This document shows, piece by piece, positions 1-9,004 of a stretch of DNA of 64,000 bases; within the stretch, counting starts at the first letter, position 1, and each line of letters starts with the position of its first letter. A program made the translations under genes and the position numbers. This stretch comes from Elusimicrobiota bacterium. GTDB taxonomy: Bacteria > Elusimicrobiota > Elusimicrobia > Elusimicrobiales > UBA9959. The stretch is from positions 175-64,174 of the forward strand of contig DMES01000078.1 in the NCBI GenBank assembly GCA_003450815.1, given 5' to 3'. The notes below the pieces were generated by a model. The model had not been told where the DNA came from and searched no databases. It was given only the letters and a program-made list of their open reading frames with translations.

Positions 1-13
1 TAAATCCGGTGTC

Positions 14-1369
14 TCAGTCATTTCTGCTCCCCTGCCGCGTATCTTTTTTGCCGAGTATAGAATAAAGCAGCCGTGTGGAGATTTTAAGATCCGTCATGGT
101 TTTTGTTTTCCTGCCGCCGTTTTCCTGAAGGCTGCGATGTACCGCCTCCGCTGAAAATTTATCAAGGGTTTCGTTTAACCCGTGCTCCAAAGCATAGTCG
201 TACTGCGTGTCCGCGAGGAAGGTCCCGTTCCCCGCCGCCGGCTTTGCCTCGGTGCCAAGGCTGCGCTTTATTTTTTCAGGAGTTATCAGTCCGGAGGAGC
301 CGGCAAGCAGCAGGTCGGTCAGGCGCTTAAGTTCGCGCACATTGCCCGGCCAGGCGTAGCCAAGCAGCAATTTTCGCGCCTCTTCTGAAAATGAAAGGCG
401 TTTGCGTCCGCGCGTTGCGGCCTGGATCAAGGGGAAGATGTCGCCGGTACGCTCGGCAAGCGGCTTAAGTCTTACCGTAAAGCCGTGCACGCGCTGGAAA
501 AAGTCAAAGCGCAGTTTCTTTTCTTCAAGCAGTTTCTGCGGCTCTTCAAATGTGGCGCTGATAATGTGGAAGCGGGAGTATTCCAGTTTATCCGAGCCCA
601 CCGGATAAAAAGATTTTTCTTCAACGGCCTTCAGCAGTTTGGCCTGCATGCCATGGCTCATTGCGCCCACTTCGTCCAGAAACAGCGTGCCGCCGTCAGC
701 CTGTAAAAGCTTTCCCTTACGGGTATTCTCCGCGCCGGTGAAGGCTCCCTTGCGGTAGCCGAACAGTTCCGCCTCCAGCAGGTCTTCGGTGTAGGCGGCG
801 CAGTTTATGGCCACCAGTTCGCCTTTCCTGGCCGAATACTCGTGTATTACGCGGGCAAGCGTGGTTTTACCTGTGCCGGAAGGCCCTAAAATCATTATTG
901 GCAGCTCCGAAGCCGAGTGACGCAAAACTTCGCCCACATCCCGGCGGGTGGCGGCGTCTTCGGTGATAAAGCTTTGGGCGAAGATGGGGGCCAGAGCGAT
1001 GTCGGAATCTTTACGCAGATAGCGTTCCAGCACGGCTTTTACGTTGGCCTCTTCATTACCCTTGACATAAAAGTCGCGGCAGCCCAGTTCATACGCCCTG
1101 GCCACGGTTTCTTCGCAATCGAGTGACGACATTACAACCGCGTAAATGCCCTTTGCCGCGGCAAGCGGTATAATTTCAAGGCCGGAACAGTCGTTCCCGC
1201 CGCCAAGCATAAGGTCTATAAAGCAGATATCGTAGCGGTTTTGGGCAAGTTTCTTTTTGGCCGCTTCCGCGCAATCGGCGGTATCAAGGTTATGTCCGGC
1301 CAGGTGTTTAGCCAGAACTTTTCTCGCCAAAGCCTCGTCTTCAATAACTAAAATATTAAGTTTAGCCAT
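14..1369 (-). CDS. sigma-54-dependent two-component response regulator (NtrC/PilR-like)
   Basis: 451-aa ORF. It has an N-terminal receiver domain (ILVIEDE, CFIDLMLG). The AAA+ sigma-54 activator core shows Walker A GPSGTGKT, the GAFTGA loop (RKGAFTGAE) and Walker B LFLDEVG. A short C-terminal HTH follows. Confidence 0.9.
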   Translation of the reverse strand: MAKLNILVIEDEALARKVLAKHLAGHNLDTADCAEAAKKKLAQNRYDICFIDLMLGGGNDCSGLEIIPLAAAKGIYAVVMSSLDCEETVARAYELGCRDFYVKGNEEANVKAVLERYLRKDSDIALAPIFAQSFITEDAATRRDVGEVLRHSASELPIMILGPSGTGKTTLARVIHEYSARKGELVAINCAAYTEDLLEAELFGYRKGAFTGAENTRKGKLLQADGGTLFLDEVGAMSHGMQAKLLKAVEEKSFYPVGSDKLEYSRFHIISATFEEPQKLLEEKKLRFDFFQRVHGFTVRLKPLAERTGDIFPLIQAATRGRKRLSFSEEARKLLLGYAWPGNVRELKRLTDLLLAGSSGLITPEKIKRSLGTEAKPAAGNGTFLADTQYDYALEHGLNETLDKFSAEAVHRSLQENGGRKTKTMTDLKISTRLLYSILGKKDTRQGSRND

Positions 1370-1443
1370 AAGTTCCTTATAATCAATTTGTAATTTTAAA
1401 ACTCAAACCACCCGGATATTATTATATCCATTTTGGCGGAAAT

Positions 1444-1471
1444 TTTCATTTGAAAATATTTTCAAATGAAA
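1444..1471. repeat. 28-bp perfect palindrome TTTCATTTGAAAATATTTTCAAATGAAA
   Basis: Read directly; it is self-complementary over all 28 nt. It lies about 75 bp upstream of the regulator start codon, inside an AT-rich 500-bp gap. Confidence 0.85.
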
Positions 1472-1873
1472 TTTTTTTTGGCCGCCTTCACCTGTCCTGA
1501 TAAAATCTCAAAAACACATTTCCCCAATGGAAAAGCCCGAAAGCAGGCCTTCTTCCGGATGTTGGCATAAAAAATGCTCTGTGATAGGTGCGAGCAACAC
1601 AGATGAGGGGAATTTCGCGATATTGAAAAAAGGAAGGATGGATAAAAAAATGAAAAATTATTATTCGCACCAATATAATAATCCGCATGAACAGGATGGC
1701 GCCTGCTCCGGATCCACATTCCATAGCGGCCAAGGCGGGAACACCAATTATGATGTAAATAAGCGGCTTAAATAAACAGAAAACTTCTGGCACCGCAATT
1801 TCGTCGCGGCGGCAACAATATCAAAACTAAGTATTTTTAAGTAAACTACCTAAGAAGTGGATTTGAGGAGTAT

Positions 1874-2617
1874 ATGTACAATAAAAATGATTTTAATTCG
1901 ATCAAGCTTCCATCAAATAGAAGAATGTCGGCACTTGCGCTTCTATTGATGGTTATTATGAGTCTGGTTTGGCCGGTAGAAGGCATTTCAGTATTAAGAA
2001 ATGAGTTGGGGGCTTTTATCGGTACAGCATGCCTGCTTCTGCTGGTTAATTGGCGGCTCAAAAAAGACGGCCTAGGGTTTTCGCAGCTGTTGTCGGAGAG
2101 CACAGAAGGGAAGTTTAATGCCAGGATGAGGCGGGTGTTTAAATTGTTTTTATTGTATCTAGCGGTGTTTATTCTGGCCTATTATTTAATTTACAGCGGT
2201 TTTGCTGTTGGGGAGTCTCTTTCGAATGGGAAACTGCTGAAACTTTCTTCCCTTGAAATATTCACCCTAAATGGCAAGATGCAGAAAAATCAACACATGC
2301 TTAATTTGTTCCATCTCGCACCGTTATGGTGGTTTTTTTGGTTGGTTTGTATGGCGCCTTTTTTTGAAGAATTATTCTTCCGTAGATTTTTATATACGGC
2401 GGTAAGGAAAAAATATGGGTTTGCTGTTTCGCTTACTGTTACATCCGGCCTTTTCGGGCTTATACATGCCCCAGCACTCCTTGCGGTTTTAGCTACAACC
2501 ATGCTTGGCTGCTTTCTTGGCTGCCTTTATGAAAAGCAGAAGGATTTTTGCGCCAATGTCGCTTTTCACGCGCTAAACAATGTCTTTACGCTTTTTATCT
2601 TTTGGATCATGAAGTAA
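1874..2617 (+). CDS. CPBP family intramembrane glutamic endopeptidase (CAAX protease-like)
   Basis: Multi-TM 247-aa ORF with the three CPBP motifs: EELFFRR (EExxxR), FGLIHA (FxxxH) and FHALNN (HxxxN). Confidence 0.8.
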   Translation: MYNKNDFNSIKLPSNRRMSALALLLMVIMSLVWPVEGISVLRNELGAFIGTACLLLLVNWRLKKDGLGFSQLLSESTEGKFNARMRRVFKLFLLYLAVFILAYYLIYSGFAVGESLSNGKLLKLSSLEIFTLNGKMQKNQHMLNLFHLAPLWWFFWLVCMAPFFEELFFRRFLYTAVRKKYGFAVSLTVTSGLFGLIHAPALLAVLATTMLGCFLGCLYEKQKDFCANVAFHALNNVFTLFIFWIMK

Positions 2618-2677
2618 TCGGCAAGGAACCGCCGTGGGGTGGTGACAGTGACCGGTAATCTGCGGTTGGTTGAGCTC

Positions 2678-3382
2678 TTATTTTACGGCGGTGTGTACTG
2701 CCACGGCGCCGGGGAATAAGATTTTATAGGAGGGCTTTTTGAATCCGGCTTCAAGTAGCAGGGCAGAGAATTCATCCGCCCCGTAGAAGTCTAGTATGGT
2801 GTTCTTAAGGAATGTGTAGGAGGTCCTGCTGGTCGGCGAGGCCAGGTTTAAAAAACCTATAGCCGTTTTTACATAGACCCTGAAAATTAAATTAACCAGC
2901 GGGTTTTTCGGTCTGGTGGTTTCAAGGTTCAGAAAAATCCCGCCGTCTTTCAGCGCCCGCCGGAACTCCCGCAAGGCGCGAAGCATAAGCTGCCGGTTGA
3001 TATTAATGTTGCGCGCGGCAAAAGAAATCGTCACCAGGTCGAAGGACCCATCAGCGAACGGCAGCGCCTTTGCCTCGGCTTCCACGAATTCTATTTTATT
3101 GGTTTTGGAGCGCGCTTTTGAAAGCATGGCGCGGCTCAGATCGACCCCGGTAATTTTAAGCGCGCCTCTGTAGTCGTTGTAAAGGGTAAGTGAGAAATCG
3201 CCGGTGCCAGCGCAGATATCAAGTGCGGTGGAGGCGTCCGGGGAAAGGTTTCTGACAAGCTTCGCCGCCCGGCTCCGCCACCAGCGGTCAAGGCCGAATG
3301 TTAAAAAAGAGTTCGCGGACTCGTAAAAACGAAAAATACCGTCATAAAACCCGGCAATAGCCTGTTCGGTCTGTGACGGCAT
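2678..3382 (-). CDS. ubiE: UbiE/MenG-type class I SAM-dependent methyltransferase (demethylmenaquinone/ubiquinone methyltransferase-like)
   Basis: N-terminal YxxxNxxxSxGxxxxWR-like segment (FYESANSFLTFGLDRWWRS). SAM motif I is LDICAGTGD. Length is 234 aa. Confidence 0.7.
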   Translation of the reverse strand: MPSQTEQAIAGFYDGIFRFYESANSFLTFGLDRWWRSRAAKLVRNLSPDASTALDICAGTGDFSLTLYNDYRGALKITGVDLSRAMLSKARSKTNKIEFVEAEAKALPFADGSFDLVTISFAARNININRQLMLRALREFRRALKDGGIFLNLETTRPKNPLVNLIFRVYVKTAIGFLNLASPTSRTSYTFLKNTILDFYGADEFSALLLEAGFKKPSYKILFPGAVAVHTAVK

Positions 3383-3404
3383 TTAACAGCGGTCTGGAGA
3401 AAAA

Positions 3405-3578
3405 TTATTTTTTCTCTTCTTTCGGTTCGTTTTCGGCCACAAATTTTCTTATATCTTCTATGGCCTCAATTACGAGTCTGGCCTTTGACAGGCCGAAAGA
3501 AAACGGATATTTATCGTTTTCGTTTCTTTTAAGTACCAGCACCGGCTGGCCTTTGAATTCAGTTCTTTCTACGATCAT
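3405..3578 (-). CDS. small 57-aa protein, possibly PC4/YdbC-like ssDNA-binding fold
   Basis: Hand-translated; it falls below the ORF-track length cutoff. Sequence: MIVERTEFKGQPVLVLKRNENDKYPFSFGLSKARLVIEAIEDIRKFVAENEPKEEKK. A strong GGAGGA lies 6 nt upstream of the ATG. The family call rests only on a remembered pattern resemblance. Confidence 0.45.
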   Translation of the reverse strand: MIVERTEFKGQPVLVLKRNENDKYPFSFGLSKARLVIEAIEDIRKFVAENEPKEEKK

Positions 3579-3783
3579 AAAACTTCCTCCACGCGCCGGC
3601 TGACTTGCCTTGCGCCCTAGTAGTCCTAATCATAACACAAATCAATATGACATTTCAATGTAAATTCAAGTCAATCTCAAACCACTTGCAAGTTCCAAAT
3701 ACTTTATCTATGTTCGATTTATATTTTCAGAGCGGCGGCTTTTTTTGTTATATTATTAGCGCTACGTGCAAGATGAGGAGTTT

Positions 3784-4278
3784 ATGGATAAAAAAGAATT
3801 GTTCAAAGCGTTGCTGGTAAAAGCCGTAAAGGTGCTGGTGGTGTTGACCGCGCTCTTTTTGATTTCCTGTTTTATCGGTGTGCTTCCGTTTGCAAAGTCC
3901 CTGCCATTTTTTACCGAGAAGCTGCCGATATCGGTTTTTTTGAATGCCGTTATTTCTTTGCTCGCTTTAATGGCTTTCGTGGGGTTTGGTTCCGAGACAA
4001 AGGTGCTTATTGACGGCTTGCTTGAGCGGCTGGCCGGGGCGGGCGATCTTTTTTCCCACATAGTCAAAATCCTGGCCCTGCTGTTCGCATACTATGCCTT
4101 TCAGGAGGCGGTGTTTCCGTTTATCAGAAATTTTGAGTGGGTTTATCAGTCTTTGTTCCTGGTGTTTACCATGTTTTTTCTTGCCAAGGCGGGCCTGCAG
4201 GTTTATCATGCAAGCGAAGAGATAAGCCGGTTTCTGCTTTCTCTTTTTAACCCGTACAAAAAAAGCGATTTTATCTGA
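3784..4278 (+). CDS. hypothetical integral membrane protein
   Basis: The ORF track starts at GTG 3766. An ATG at 3784 is preceded by GAGGAG. Several hydrophobic helices are present. No family was recognised. Confidence 0.5.
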   Translation: MDKKELFKALLVKAVKVLVVLTALFLISCFIGVLPFAKSLPFFTEKLPISVFLNAVISLLALMAFVGFGSETKVLIDGLLERLAGAGDLFSHIVKILALLFAYYAFQEAVFPFIRNFEWVYQSLFLVFTMFFLAKAGLQVYHASEEISRFLLSLFNPYKKSDFI

Positions 4279-4348
4279 TTTTCTAATAAATGTTGCGTTT
4301 GCGTGTGTCCCTCACATTAGGATGTCGCCGCCTAGAGACAGAAATAAC

Positions 4349-4377
4349 TTGACAATGCGCTAGTTCGCTTGTAATAA
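4349..4377 (+). promoter_or_regulatory. candidate sigma-70 promoter for pilM operon
   Basis: TTGACA (4349-4354), a 17-nt spacer, then TAATAA (4372-4377), about 95 bp upstream of the pilM ATG. Confidence 0.4.
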
Positions 4378-4472
4378 TTATATAATACTATGTCTTAATA
4401 CAGGCGCCAGTGCTGTCTGAAGCGGTGCCGCGCCTGAAATACGGTAACTTATAAAGAGAGTTTAAAAGACTG

Positions 4473-5591
4473 ATGATTCCAACGATTCCAAACCTGGCGA
4501 AGCTGCTTTTCCCCGCAAAAGATATAGTAGGCATCGACATAGGAAGTTATTCCCTGAAGATAGTGTGTTTTACCCTGGAGAAAAAACAGCTTAAGCTTAA
4601 GGACTGGGGATATATTCCGCTTGCCATAAAGCCGGACGTTCCTCCCGAAGAAAAAAAATCCATCATCGCCCAGGAAATTAAAAACTATCTGAAAAAGAAA
4701 GGCATACAAGCCAGGTACGCCGCGGCGGCCGTTTCCGGCAATGCCGTTATAGTGCGTTATGTCAAGCTGCCAAAGCTTTCCACGAAGGAACTTGCGCTGA
4801 CTATAAATGTGGAGGCCGAGCCGTTTATTCCCTTCGACATCAAAGATGTAAACCTTACCTATCATATCCTTAACGACATTACCGAAGAGGGGCAGCCAAA
4901 GATGGAAACGGTGCTGGTGGCGGCCAAAAAGGATGCCGTGAATGATAAAATCGGCATGCTTTTGGAGGCCGGGCTTGAACCGTTGATAATAGATGTGGAC
5001 TCTTTCGCCCTTGAAACACTTTACGAAAAACTTTATCCGGTTCCGGATGGCAACGCCGCGCTGATCCTGAATATCGGCCATAAGGTGACCAATCTTTCCA
5101 TAGTGGCGCAGGGGGTAACCCGCGTGGTGCGGGACATTTTTATTGCCGGCGCCACTTTTGACAAGGCTATCGTAAAAGCTCTTAAGGTGGACGCGCCGTC
5201 CGCCGAAGCGGTAAAGAAAAAAAAGAGCCTGTTGGTGTCCGATGAAGATAAAGAGACGGCCATAGGCGATTTTGACAGCGAAGGCATTGCCGTTTCCAGG
5301 GCCGCCGCCGGCGTGTTGAGGGATTTATACACCGAAGTGTCCCGCTCCATAGATTTTTATCTCTCACAAGGCGCCGAGCATTCCATATCAAGGATCTATC
5401 TCTCCGGCGGTATGTCAAATCTGGGCAATATAACGAAATTTATGGCGGCTGAATTTAAGGTGCCTGTTGAAGCGGTAAATCCATTTGCATTCCTTGGCGA
5501 ACAGGCCAGGAATGTCCCGGCCGATGTGCTGCCCGTGCTTGCCGTGGCAACGGGGCTCGCGCTGCGCAAACTTAAGGATTGGGAAAAATGA
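4473..5591 (+). CDS. pilM: type IV pilus assembly protein PilM (actin-like ATPase fold)
   Basis: VGIDIGSYSLKIV N-terminal actin-like motif, 372 aa, first gene of a pilMNOPQ-ordered operon. Confidence 0.9.
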   Translation: MIPTIPNLAKLLFPAKDIVGIDIGSYSLKIVCFTLEKKQLKLKDWGYIPLAIKPDVPPEEKKSIIAQEIKNYLKKKGIQARYAAAAVSGNAVIVRYVKLPKLSTKELALTINVEAEPFIPFDIKDVNLTYHILNDITEEGQPKMETVLVAAKKDAVNDKIGMLLEAGLEPLIIDVDSFALETLYEKLYPVPDGNAALILNIGHKVTNLSIVAQGVTRVVRDIFIAGATFDKAIVKALKVDAPSAEAVKKKKSLLVSDEDKETAIGDFDSEGIAVSRAAAGVLRDLYTEVSRSIDFYLSQGAEHSISRIYLSGGMSNLGNITKFMAAEFKVPVEAVNPFAFLGEQARNVPADVLPVLAVATGLALRKLKDWEK

Positions 5592-6139
5592 TACGGATAA
5601 ATCTCATTCCGCCGGAGTATATAGCCAATATTAACCGCAGAGTGGTTATTGCCAAAGTCGTTCTGGGCGCCGTGCTGGCGCTCGCGGTGGTAGTCGTGAT
5701 TTCACTTTGGCATGTTACACGGGCGGAGGCGCTTAAATTAACCATGGCAAAGCGCGAGGCGGAACTTAAATCGCTGCAGGGGGATGTTGAAAAGGTAAAG
5801 GCCATAGAAGCGGATATCTCCGAGGTTCAGCGTTACCTTGACGCCATCAACCGCATAGCCAACGGGCGCTTTATTTACACCAGATTCATGCAGGAAACCG
5901 CGCGCGACCTGCCCGCCACTATATGGTTTACCTCCCTAAGGACCACACTTAACGGCGATGCGATGGATGTCTCCTTCGCGGTTAAATCCCGGTCTGCCTA
6001 TGATTTTGCCGATTGGCTCAACGCGCTTGAAACAAAAGCGAACTATTCCAGCGTCAGTCTGGATGGAATAACAATCAGCGAAGAGGAATCGGTAAAAGTT
6101 TTTACCACACAGGTTAAGCTGAAGTGCATCATCAAGTGA
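5588..6139 (+). CDS. pilN: type IV pilus assembly protein PilN
   Basis: MIRINLIPPE N-terminus followed by a single TM helix. The ATG overlaps the pilM TGA (ATGA). Position in the operon fits. Confidence 0.85.
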   Translation: MIRINLIPPEYIANINRRVVIAKVVLGAVLALAVVVVISLWHVTRAEALKLTMAKREAELKSLQGDVEKVKAIEADISEVQRYLDAINRIANGRFIYTRFMQETARDLPATIWFTSLRTTLNGDAMDVSFAVKSRSAYDFADWLNALETKANYSSVSLDGITISEEESVKVFTTQVKLKCIIK

Positions 6140-6143
6140 ATTT

Positions 6144-6695
6144 ATGGACAAGATAAAGCTTACGAAAGAACAGATAACCCAGATAGCGGCCGGGGTGTTT
6201 TTTGGCGGGCTTTTTATTTTCGTTTACCTGAATTATTTCTGGCTGCCTATTTCAAAGACTATAGCCGCAAATACCGCTAAGGTCGCTTCAATGGAGGGCG
6301 AGATAAACAACGCCAAAATGCAGAAGGCGAAGTATAAAGACCTGGAATCCAAGCTCGAGTCGCTAAAGTCCCAGAAGGAAGCGGCTCAGAAAAAGCTGCC
6401 CAAAGACAGAAAAGTGCCGGACCTGCTGCGCACCATTACCGATCTGGGCAGGAAGTACAAGGTGGATATCCAGTCCATCGGCTCTCCGGTAAGCGGCAGA
6501 GAGGCGTATTTTATCAAGGTTTCATATCAATTGAGCGTGACTTGCGATTATCACGCTTTGGGCCGGTTCATTACCGCTCTGGGGCTTGAGGAGAGAATAA
6601 TGGCCATAGAAAACCTTTCTATATCGGCCGCGGCGGGTGTCAGTAGCTCGATTTCGGCCACTTTTATGCTGGTGGTTTATCAGTATAACGGTTAA
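6144..6695 (+). CDS. pilO: type IV pilus assembly protein PilO
   Basis: N-terminal TM helix, then a coiled-coil, then a ferredoxin-like C-terminus. Position is between pilN and pilP/Q. Confidence 0.8.
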   Translation: MDKIKLTKEQITQIAAGVFFGGLFIFVYLNYFWLPISKTIAANTAKVASMEGEINNAKMQKAKYKDLESKLESLKSQKEAAQKKLPKDRKVPDLLRTITDLGRKYKVDIQSIGSPVSGREAYFIKVSYQLSVTCDYHALGRFITALGLEERIMAIENLSISAAAGVSSSISATFMLVVYQYNG

Positions 6696-6704
6696 GGAAA
6701 ACTT

Positions 6705-7169
6705 ATGCTCCGGGTTTTACTTTTTGCGGTTTTAAGCGTTTCAGCCGCTGACAGTGCCATAGGCCAGGGAGTGCAGGCCGGCGTTGTTCCCGCGGCTCAG
6801 GTTATCGCGTCGACCCCCGCTCCTACGGTGGAACAGCTTTACCTCGGCCTTGGCCGCGATCCGCTGGTGCCTTCCACTGTATCCGGCGGACAGTCCGGAA
6901 CCGCGCTTCAGGCGCAGGGCGGTGTGGCGGCAAGCACTTTCAGCATATATAATTTAAGTCTTACCGGTGTTATGGAAGACTCCGGAGGCAAACAAGCCCT
7001 GCTTTCCGACATTGTTAACGGCAAGGTTTACACCTTGAAGGCGGGCAGGCTTCTTGACTCTAAAAAAAAGCCGGTATCTGGAGTGTCCGGGGTTATCAAG
7101 GGTAAGCAGGTCATACTTTTGACAGACGATAAGAAAGTTCGTCAGATTGATCTTCGCGAAAAGAAGTAG
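6705..7169 (+). CDS. pilP: PilP-like pilus assembly protein
   Basis: Signal-peptide-like N-terminus on a small 154-aa protein. The call is positional (between pilO and pilQ). Confidence 0.55.
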   Translation: MLRVLLFAVLSVSAADSAIGQGVQAGVVPAAQVIASTPAPTVEQLYLGLGRDPLVPSTVSGGQSGTALQAQGGVAASTFSIYNLSLTGVMEDSGGKQALLSDIVNGKVYTLKAGRLLDSKKKPVSGVSGVIKGKQVILLTDDKKVRQIDLREKK

Positions 7170-7180
7170 ACATTGGAGAA

Positions 7181-8941
7181 ATGAAAATGAAAAAACCACT
7201 CGCTTTGCTGCTTACGGCGGTATTTTTAACGCAGAATCTGCCGGTGCTTTACGCTGTTGAAAATGCCACCGTTAAATCAGTCCGCGTATCCGCGGAGAGC
7301 GTTTATATCGCCACCGACAAGCCCGTGGAATACAAGGCCATTTTTATGGGACAGCCTCCAAAACTGGTGGTTGAGCTTATGGGTACGCGGCTGCAAACGC
7401 TTGAAGATATACCGGTAAACGGCAAACTCCTTAAACGGGTGCGTACGGGCCAGTTTAAGACAACTCCTGTCAGCATTTCCAGGGTGGTGCTTGAACTCTC
7501 CCAGAAGGCGGCTTATGAAATAACCCGCAAGGGCTCGGAGCTGGCGGTGGTGCTTGGCGGCAGGCCGGCACAGGCAAGGCTGGCGGTGAAAGACAAACAG
7601 GAGGCTCCCGCCGGAGTTATGGTCATTACGCCTTCCGACAGCGCGGTCCCGTCCCGTCCGGCGGAAATAAAAATGGACCCGGCGCCGGTCAAGCCTGAAG
7701 ATCTTTCAAGAGAAAGCGTGCCGGTCATAAAGCCGAGAAAACCACAGTCCGCGCGTTCGTCTTTCCGCAATATCATGGACAGTCTATCCCGCGAGCCGGT
7801 CAGTTTTGATTATAATGACGCCAATGTGCGCGAGGTAATAGGCATGATGGCAGCCAAAGCCGGAGTCAATGTGATTTACTCCGATGAGGTTTCCGGCACA
7901 ATAACCATCAGCCTTAACAAGGTGCCGTTCGACGAGGCTTTTAAAACCATATTGGACGGAAAAGATCTTGCCGCGCAACAGGTGGGGGACAATATTTTAA
8001 GGATAGCCTCTCCGCAGACTTTTCTCGCGGAGCAGAAAAAAGCAATGCTGCAGACCAGGGTCTTTTTTCTCAATTACGCCAAAGCCGCGGAAGTGAAAAC
8101 CCAGGTGGAAGCTGTGACCTCAGCCGAAAACCGCAAAGCCAGCTGTGTCGTTGACGAGGCCAATAACGCTCTTATCATTACCGCCATCCCCATGAGCCTT
8201 GAAGAGATAGCCCGTCTGCTTAAAAATCTGGATCGTGTTCCGCAGCAGGTGCTTATTGAGGCGAAACTTGTGGAAGTCGCTCTTGACAACCAGATAAGCA
8301 TGGGGGTGGACTGGTCTAACAGTAGCACGGACGGGAATTCCGATTATGGCTCAAGTCTTACCGGACCTGTGGGCGAAACAGGCTGGTTCAGGTTCGGGCG
8401 GGTGACGAGCGACTATGTGTTCAGCTCCTTTATTTCCGCCATCGCCAAAAAAGGCAAAGCCAAAGTGCTCTCGGACCCGAAGATAGCCACGCTGAACAAT
8501 AAACCGGCGGTCATCAACATCACCTCGCAAGTGCCTTATAAAACCCAGACGGTCGCTGCAGGCACGCCGCCAACCGTAACCGATGTTATCGTATACCTGA
8601 CCGTGGGCATCACCCTTAAGGTCACCCCGACCATAAATTCCGACGGGCGCATTTCGATGTATATAAACCCAAAAGTGGAGCAGCCTTCCGCGTCGTATCC
8701 AGCCGAAAAATTCGCCGCGCCTGGAATAGATACCAGAAGCGTTGAAACCAATGTCATAGTGAGAAACGGGGAAACCATCGTGATCGGCGGGCTCATACAC
8801 GATACCCAGAGCGATGTGGTGACCAAAGTCCCGCTTTTGGGAGATATCCCGCTGCTTGGCTATCTCTTCAGGAGAAAAAGCGTGATACGCCAGAGGATGG
8901 AACTGCTGATTTTCGTTACGCCGAAAGTGATAGAAGACTGA
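7181..8941 (+). CDS. pilQ: type IV pilus secretin PilQ
   Basis: Signal peptide and an AMIN-like N-domain. The secretin C-domain ends in VPLLGDIPLLGYLFRRK..LLIFVTP. Confidence 0.92.
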   Translation: MKMKKPLALLLTAVFLTQNLPVLYAVENATVKSVRVSAESVYIATDKPVEYKAIFMGQPPKLVVELMGTRLQTLEDIPVNGKLLKRVRTGQFKTTPVSISRVVLELSQKAAYEITRKGSELAVVLGGRPAQARLAVKDKQEAPAGVMVITPSDSAVPSRPAEIKMDPAPVKPEDLSRESVPVIKPRKPQSARSSFRNIMDSLSREPVSFDYNDANVREVIGMMAAKAGVNVIYSDEVSGTITISLNKVPFDEAFKTILDGKDLAAQQVGDNILRIASPQTFLAEQKKAMLQTRVFFLNYAKAAEVKTQVEAVTSAENRKASCVVDEANNALIITAIPMSLEEIARLLKNLDRVPQQVLIEAKLVEVALDNQISMGVDWSNSSTDGNSDYGSSLTGPVGETGWFRFGRVTSDYVFSSFISAIAKKGKAKVLSDPKIATLNNKPAVINITSQVPYKTQTVAAGTPPTVTDVIVYLTVGITLKVTPTINSDGRISMYINPKVEQPSASYPAEKFAAPGIDTRSVETNVIVRNGETIVIGGLIHDTQSDVVTKVPLLGDIPLLGYLFRRKSVIRQRMELLIFVTPKVIED

Positions 8942-9004
8942 TCTTAAAATTACAGCAGGAATTTTCAGAAGGCTGAAGGTTAAGGCAAAAGATATTTCCA
9001 ATTG

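Noticed and set aside
1488-1793. 101-aa (minus) and 82-aa (plus) ORFs in the AT-rich gap upstream of the regulator
   Set aside because: They overlap each other on opposite strands. Neither has an SD, and both have odd composition. I could not support either as coding, so the region is treated as non-coding.
4449-5081. 210-aa minus-strand ORF
   Set aside because: It is antisense to pilM.
8351-9001. 216-aa minus-strand ORF
   Set aside because: It is antisense to the conserved secretin C-domain of pilQ.
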